In this document: piece after piece, positions 56,003-64,000 of the stretch | Position numbering within the stretch: position 1 is the first letter of the stretch | Layout of the letters: every line of letters begins with the position of its first letter | Assembly (NCBI RefSeq): GCF_009914755.1 | Contig: NC_060926.1 | Origin: the human T2T-CHM13v2.0 reference genome, Homo sapiens | Strand: one strand, 5' to 3' | DNA length: 64,000 bases | Position numbers and translations under genes: made by a program | The notes under the pieces: model-generated | What the model saw: the letters and a program-made list of their open reading frames with translations, nothing else | Database searches by the model: none | What the model was told of the DNA's origin: nothing

Positions 56003-57939
56003 AAAATTCACAGTAATTTTCATCTACTCGATTTGCACCTAGTTGGGATCCTACAAATGTTTGGTTAATATTGTTCAAAATGTGATGTTATATCACAATA
56101 AGAAGCTGTGAATTTAGAGAAAAAGCTGAATATGGTAAGGTGAAATACTCAAGGAGTCAGGTAATTCGAGGTAAAAGGAAGTCATGTGAAGAAGTGAAGG
56201 AAGCAGGTCAAAAGAGAAAACGTCAGAATTAATGTGAGACCAATGAAACTCAGAAGTTCACAAAATCTAAAGTGCAGGGTAAGGAGGAGAGAGTCAAAGA
56301 TGAGGAGAACAGGTATGCACTAAAGAGCGGAGCAAGCCAGCAAGAGGTACCTGGAATGAAGTAGTAGCTTAATGCCTAAGAAGTGTCTAGCTGACATGAA
56401 TTTAGGCGTGTGTAAACTACTAAAATGTCCCTGTAGAGTTTAATTTATTTGCTTATGTTTTATTCTATTACTGTTGTTTTGTAGCAGTAGGTGAAAGTTC
56501 TTACAGAATTTATATATGTCATTGACTCACAACTTTGATTACTCATTTGAATGACCTCAAGAGCTTTACTCATTACTGAGGTCTAGGCTCTTCCCACAAG
56601 ACTCTGCTTTTATTCTCCTGGGTGCTGTTTGCACATATGGAGTTTGGAAGCTCCCAGGTGATTTTACTAGCCAACACTGAGAAAGCAGACCAAAATGGAG
56701 CTGCCCACAGGGGACAGAGTAGAACCTGTTGACCACAGCTCACACTCTGACTCATTCAATCCAGTTTGTGAAGCAAAATCCTAGGAGAGTCCTTGTAAAA
56801 ATACAAAATCCTCAGTCCTATCTGAAATCCATTAAATATGAATCTAAGTGTTGAATGCGGGACTGAACATAAGTGATTCTGACGCACACCTGTTTAAAAT
56901 GTACTGTCATGGCTCTCCCTGACCCATACTTTATAAACCACTGCTACAAGTAAAGATTTTGACTTCTGCTGAGTTCATAAGCTTCCTGTGATCTGATTAG
57001 GTCATTTGTGATTCAGGATTATTAGTTTCCATTCTTATGTTGAATAACAATTACTCTAATTTCCATTAATTGTCAGCTATGGACCAAGAATTTTGCTGGT
57101 CCCTGAAGATTCAGAGTCCCACTATGGTCTTTGTCCTTAAGAAACCATCCATCTAGTGGAAAAATAAGTGAATAATTATAACTTGGTAGACACAGGCAGG
57201 AGCTCAAGCACTGAGCCCAGATAGTCTACGTGGACGAGCTTCCTTGACGAGAGAGATCATGAGAAGACTGCTTGCTGGAGGCAGAGCAGGAGTGTAAGAA
57301 AAGTAGGAAAGGAACAAGCAAACTGGCAAGTGGCTAATACTCTAAATTATGCAGCTTTTAAGATTTGGCTAAGATAAAAGCTTTCTCTGGGAGGTTCGTG
57401 ATGCATCTCATCTCTCTTCCTTCCCTTTGGCGTCCTGACTAATGGAAGATACACATATAAAAGTGTATAACCAAGTGAGAACTATTGTTCCACTTGACAA
57501 ATCTGGACAAGCCACCTATAACCCTCAAAATGTACCTTCTTTTTGTAGGTCTAACACTAAGATTGGGTTTCCTGTCCCATTTCTCTTCCAGTAAAGAAAA
57601 CTGAGCCTGCACAGTGTTTTACCTACTCAGGAATAGGCAGAGGATCTGGAACAGAATACTTCTGTGAATCTGGTTTAGAAAGTTCTCCTGATCCATTTAT
57701 CTGTTTGTAACAGGACATGTGAGAGGATTCAAGAAGTGAGTCTGGATCTTTTAAGGCCTGCAATTCTGCCTCCTAGTAAAATGGATTAATTGTAACCTCT
57801 GACCAATCACCTTGGCCAGTCCTCCCTCTCTGGAAAAAGGATTGAAAGCGGGTGGAAGTGGGGAAAGCTAGATGAGCAGAAATTTCCCAGTAAACCCATG
57901 ACAAAGACTACTGGCCGCTTACTAATATTTATTCTCCAA

Positions 57940-58105
57940 GCTGGGCGTGGTGGCACGTCCCTGTAGTCCAGCTACTTAGTAAGCAAAGGCAGGAGGATCA
58001 CTTGGGCCCGGGAGTTCAAGGCTGTAGTGGTCTGTGATTCTGCCTATGAATAGCCACTGCACTCTACTCAGGGCAACATAACAAGATCTCATCTCTAAAA
58101 CTAAT
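57940..58105 (+). mobile_element. FAM (free Alu monomer)
   Basis: Single monomer with gcctatgaatagccactgcactc. Possible TSD aatatt(t/c)attct. Confidence 0.8.
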
Positions 58106-61100
58106 AAAATATTCATTCTTCACTCCTTTCTTAATGACATTACCTAGATATTGTTGAGACTGACAATGTGCCCAGTTTAGAAGCAACATTTACCAGTCCC
58201 ATCTGAGGCATTGATGTCTATGGGACAGGCTTCTGAGCTATGCAGTCTTACAAGAGACTTACAAGCAGGGCTTGCAGGAAGTTTTTCTAAAACAATGTCA
58301 TGCCTTAAGAACGTACCAGCTTTTATACTTAGCCTTCTTATTTCTACTATCCCAGAACCTAAATGTGTTGGCTGGAGCCACAGCAATCATTTCATGAGAA
58401 TGAATATGAGAGGAACCTAGGCCATAACAACATGAAACCACGGTATCTGTACTATTTTGTGACTTATCCATTACTAGAGGAAAACATAAATTCCATACTT
58501 TTTTAAGCAACATTTGTTTTGTGTGTGGTGGTGATGTCTTTTTTATTCGTAGGGGAATATATTTCCTAACCAATACACTCTTCTACATGGGAGGGAAAAA
58601 TCCAGTAAGTCTACTTCTCTATAGTGCAAGGCTAAAAATATGGCATGAAGGTAGAAATGCTTTTTTTTAACTTAACAATAGTATAATCTATTGATTTATA
58701 AATCAGTATGTTGCACCACATTACAGGCCAAGAAAGTGCTGAATATAAATAGCAAATACTCTTTATAACCTGAAGAAAGAAATGGTATCACAAAATCCTC
58801 AAAAATCTGAACTAATTTACTAAATAAGAGAAAATCACATTCTTAAGCAATGCTAAAAGGCAAACTTACCATTTCATGTTGTCAATTTCTAAGATTATTT
58901 TGAAGTAAACACCTTCCTCATTTTCTCGATTGTTAGATGAGCAATTTGCAAAAGGCTGCCCCAGGAAGTGTCCATGAGAGAATGCGTTGGTCCCTTAAAT
59001 GGAAGTGACAGCTGTTGGATAATGCTGGAGTTCTGGCGTATGCCTTCTGACCACTCACTGTGACAAAGTTTTGATGAGTCACCTTATGCTATGAGTATAG
59101 AAGCATCCCTTATGAAGAAAAGTGATGAAAATAGCAACAATATTTCTCTTTTAAAATTGACTGAGTAATTTAAAGAAATATGCACCAGTATCCTCACATC
59201 TTTTCAAGGAGCTGATCATCACTGTGGACATTTCATGCTTTTTATAGCTTTGGTTTAAAATGAATGATGATCCTTAAGCTCTAATGATCAACTTCACCAT
59301 AATGTTCTCCAAAAGCATTTAGGGATGCAACATCAGGCACCGATTTGACATAACTCAACAGTAACAATATTTGGCTGTAGAGATTGAATGCTCCATGTAA
59401 AAAATATCAACAAAAAACAATTTTTTATTAACAAACGGAATTAACCATAGAAAAGATGTTATTTTTCCTATTGTTTCATTTCATAGGGAATTAAATTTTA
59501 TAATGTCTTGATGTTCTGGTGTAGTTCTTAGTCCCAGGAATACCTGGAACTTGTGAACATAAGGGTTTAGGGTCCTTAAATGAAGATACCGGGTGCATAT
59601 CACATATCTATTTTCCAGGTGTTAGTACCCAACATCAGGCTTGATAATTTTCGAAAGTGCTTTCACTAGAAGCAAATGTGTAAACTGGGGATTTCAGCCA
59701 ACTCAGAATATTTTTTAAAAACTTAGTGGAAAGCCAGTTTGGTTATCTCCCTCTGTACTTTAAGAATCACATTTTCCAGATTATTTAGTCTTTAAAGACC
59801 AATGCAGTTAGAATACATGACTGAGCCTATAGCCCGTCTAAGTCCCCCAGCTGTGAAGTAAATGAAATAATTCCACATAATCCCCATAATATTTTGGATT
59901 CAGATAGAAGTAGATTTAATAATTTTTGTGTTTTAACTAAGAAAACCATCAAATAAATTTAATCACTGATAAATTTAGCATAGCCAGGGACAGGAGAAGA
60001 TCAGGGGTGTCAAGACTCTTTTTCTATACACATTTAATGGAGCTATGTGGTCTCAGTTCCATATATAATAACTCTGTGCAAATCAACAAAGCAGGAGACT
60101 CCAATCTGGTTCTGACAGCCCTCATTTCTCGAATATCAATTCTTTCTAGACCAACAAGCAGAAATGCAATTTTTGTTTTGATTTTGATGAAAGCTGAGCA
60201 ACAAGAAAACATCTTCACTCCTTTTGTCACCTACTTTATGTAGCCTGTCTGTTTTAAGCCTGTACATCCTTTTCTGCCTCATTATCACCTACTTTAGAAT
60301 GCCAGAGACTGTAAGACACAGAATCAAGACCAGGGCTCAGGAAAATGCCAGCATTGCAGAGATCACTGAGCTCTCACTAAGCCCATTTCTTAGACTCCTT
60401 TGCATTTATATGTCTCCAACACCTTTCCCTTTGCACCCACTTGTTGCAATTGAGTTTGGTAACCTTTGAAATCGTGCTTCCAAAGTTGGTGAAGCTCGAG
60501 GTAAACGTCCCTAAATTATTAATTAAAGGAAAGCTGCCTGTCAATGAAGAGCAAACATTTTGGACTTAATGTATACAATAAATGAATTGTCACGTTTGAG
60601 CCTTTAAATATTCTTTCAGGATTTGTTGGCTACAGCACCTAAGTTATCTTAACTAAACAACAAAAATCATTAGCATTTTTTTCTCACTGATATCCTGCAT
60701 ATTTGGAGGCCTCTCTAGAAAGTCTGTCTCTTAATTCCTTAGTTCTCTACATTAAGTTTGTCCTCTCCCATGTTTGCCTATGATCAAGACATCTAGACAT
60801 CTCTTCCAATAGAAATGAATTGGATATTAAACATCTTAGACATCTCTTCCCATAAGTCCAACCTAGTTCCTCTTTCAAAACTGCCCTATCCCTGCCTTAT
60901 GTCTTCATGAACTTGTTTATTTGAGAAGTATTTAGCTAATTCACTCAAATACGGAAATATCTAAATGTGAATTAAAAATTATCCCTCAAAGGCTAACACC
61001 TTTAGATTTTGAACTCCAATACACTAATTCAAGTGAATGACTAACATGAGAAATGCAAACCAAGTAACTAACTTTTGGAAGACTACAAGTTTAGGAAGAT

Positions 61101-63042
61101 TTTTAATTCCTCATGTCACATCTTATGATGTGTTTCTTATTTTGTAGTGTGCAATGTGTGCCATGACCCCAGCAATCAGTTGGTAGTACCAGGTTAGGCT
61201 TTAAGTCCTCACTTTATTAATCATATCTTCACCAGTACCATCCTCTGGATCTGCTAACTCCATCCCCTGCGTAGTCATAAAAATTATATTCTCTTTGAGA
61301 TGTTGAAGCTGGTTTTCTTCCAGTACAGCCATTAACTTCCAACCTGTTTTCTTCTCCCTCACTGACACCCTGCTGACCTATGAAGCAGCAAGCCAAAGGG
61401 ATATGAAAATATCTGTTAATTTCCCTCTTGTGAATTTCCCTCTTGAAAAATCACTTAGAACATACCAAAACCTACAACAGGATAAACTGAAGCGTATGCT
61501 CTCACTGAAGTTTCACCAAATAATATCTTACCCTTAAGCCTGTCTTAGTAAAGCGTGTTTGATTTACCAGAGAGATACTCAGTTGAGAAAGTCAGGTCCG
61601 TTAACACAATAGGTCAAAAGTGTTAATGTGCTTTTTAGAAAGTTTGCCCACACAGCTGCATACAAAGTGGCTGTTGCAATAGGTGATTTGCTCCACGTAG
61701 ACAGCTATTCTGGATAGTGCAGCGTGAACAAAAAAAAGGAGTCTTTAAAATGTGGAAATGTCCGATGGCCTATAGTATTCTGTTTGATTGCCTACACAAG
61801 CCTAAAAACCTGGCAGCATATTGGGCTGTGTTAAATGAAGACTAGCTCAGGCTCTACTCTGTCCGTCTTAGAAGGTATTCTGGTCTGTTTCCCAGCGAGC
61901 TTGTGAAAGTGTAGGGGGCTGGGAATGCTTGCCAAATGGCCTCGTGTAATCAGAGCCCCTAATATCCAATTCATTTATATATGGCCCTCGTGCATTAGAG
62001 CAAATTGCTAAAAATGCCATAAAAAGAGTTATTGTAAGGTTATTGAGGTTCTGAGAGGTGATTGATGCCTTAATTAGGCCTGTTAATAGTCTTCATAGTG
62101 GTGTGTTGTAATAACTAAACAGTCAGGTTGGGATTTAGGGTCACTATATTAGTTTGTTGAGTGCCACTAAATGAGGTTTCCTCTTCAGAGCCAAATTATA
62201 ATTTTATAGCTAACTCATAAACTTAACTCAGCTTAAATACTATTTAAAGGGCTCAGAGAGGTGCTTATTTACCAAGCGTTAAGCCACTAAGCTCTAAGCT
62301 GTAAAACTTGAAGTCCAGCTATTACAATTCTTAGTCTTGAGAATAACCACATTTTAAATAATGCTCTATATTCCATAAAACAGAAAAGGTAAATTATAAT
62401 ACACTAGAGAGGAAATTGCAAGTATACACACACAAGTATAAAGTAACATTCACTATTTCTATCAATTTAAAAAGAAACATTGATAATTGCTTTCAGTTCT
62501 CAGTGTTCCTATTAGGTTGAGTCTAATTCCAGTCAGTAGTGTGAGGTGGTGGCACAAATATATTTGGTTTCCAAAGCACTATAAGAAAAAATATCTTCAG
62601 TAGTTAAAATTTAATATGAGAGTCTCTACTCTTTTAAATTTATATTTATTTTTTATTATTTAATTTTATATTTGATTTATAAAGACTCCAGCATTCATCA
62701 CATTATTAACAAAAAACGCATCTTTTGTATATGAAAAAATATAGCCTGCTTAAACTCTTCTCCTTTGATAGTCTAATTGAACATTCTATTTTTTAGCCTT
62801 ACTCCTAAAAGATGCTTTCAATGTTACCTTACATATGCTATATCACTAATAAAAAAGCACCTGTGGATAGGTAGAACAGGAATTTCTAACCTTATTTTAT
62901 AAAGAGAGACAATGAAGCACATCATTATCTGAATCAGAGTGCAAATCAATTTCTGATACCTGGATTATGTACACTAAACCTTCTGAAAACCAATTCTCGT
63001 AGTATATTGATAGAGCAAGTGAGCTAATCAGGAATATATAAT

Positions 63043-63410
63043 TGATATAGTTTAGCTGTGTCCCCACCCAAAATCTCATCTTGATTGTAATCCCCATAAT
63101 CCCCAGGTGTCAAGGGAGAGACCATGTGGAGTAGTTGAATCATGGGGGCAGTTTCCCCATGCTGTTCTCATGATAGAGAGTGAGTTCTCATGAGTTCTGA
63201 TGGCTTTATAAGTGTCTGGTAACTCTCTTGCATTCATTCTTCTTCCTGCTGCCTTGTGAAGAAGGTGTCTTGCTTCACCTTCTGCCAAGATTGTAAGTTT
63301 CCTGAGGTGTCCCCAGCCATGTGGAACTGTGAGTCAATTAAACCTCTTTCCTTTCTAAGTTACCTGGTCTCAGGCAGTTCTTTACAGCAGTGTGAGAACA
63401 AACTAATACA
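63043..63410 (+). mobile_element. THE1 solo LTR (THE1D-like MaLR)
   Basis: tgatatagtttagctgtgtccccaccc...aactaataca. TSD a(t/c)aat. Confidence 0.9.
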
Positions 63411-63940
63411 ACAATTAAAAAACAAGTTTTAGAAACATGGTCTCTCTGCTTTGAAAATGGAGGCAAGATGATAACTAGTCCCCACTCACTGATCCTCTGA
63501 GACCTAAGGTTAGACTGGTTCACGGCAGCAACTGGAGGGTAAGCATTAATGGTGTGATACAGAGGCTATGCTGGCATAAAATGTAGATGCTGGATCCAAA
63601 TCAGAGGTCCAGATAAAAAAGGAGAGGAGACAATGCATAAAAAGAGGTTATAAACAACAGAAAACAAAACAAGGAACATTAAGAGAAAGTGGTTCAGAGT
63701 AAGTAGTGAGGGATGGAAAAGCTTTTGAGATAGCACACCTAAGTTTGCAGTAGAGTTTTACATAATCCTGGCACATGCCTGCAAGGACAATCTAATGTAG
63801 CACAATGGAACCTCAATGATGGCATATGACCAGACTGGTGGTTTCAGGACTGATGATTAGAATACTTTATTACTAGGATGCTTGTAGAGAAAACTAATAT
63901 TGGTAATGAAAGGAAATACTCATTTGATCCAGTTATTCGG

Positions 63941-64000
63941 TGTCTTAAATTATTTTCTGTTACAGTAGGCAAATACCACAGACTGAGTAATTTATAAAAA
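63941..64000 (-). mobile_element. MaLR LTR end (MST-like), runs off the window
   Basis: tgtcttaa...aaataccacagactgagtaatttataaa. Confidence 0.6.

Overview
This is AT-rich, CpG-poor primate genomic DNA. AluY, L1PA and THE1 elements point to human or another catarrhine. It looks intergenic or deep-intronic. I recognise no host protein-coding gene, RNA gene or CRISPR array. The ORF-track hits are L1/ERV remnants, Alu read-throughs or low-complexity artefacts. Much of the window is transposon-derived: a full-length but frameshifted L1PA7-like element nested in an older L1, an L1PB and an old L1MC/MD stack, a truncated young L1PA, more than a dozen Alu copies or fragments, MaLR/ERV solo LTRs (THE1A, THE1D, MER9, MER4-like), hAT MERs, MIR/L2, and a decayed class I ERV pol remnant. 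The least-explained signals are two fold-back inverted repeats around (TA)-rich cores (36.1 kb and 46.2-46.5 kb; the second carries a short copy of nearby L1 sequence), several small templated-insertion scars, and a few motif-dense non-repeat segments that may be enhancers. I do not see convincing evidence of a new biological system. Subfamily names come from my recall of consensus sequences and need RepeatMasker/Dfam confirmation. Boundaries of old repeats are approximate.
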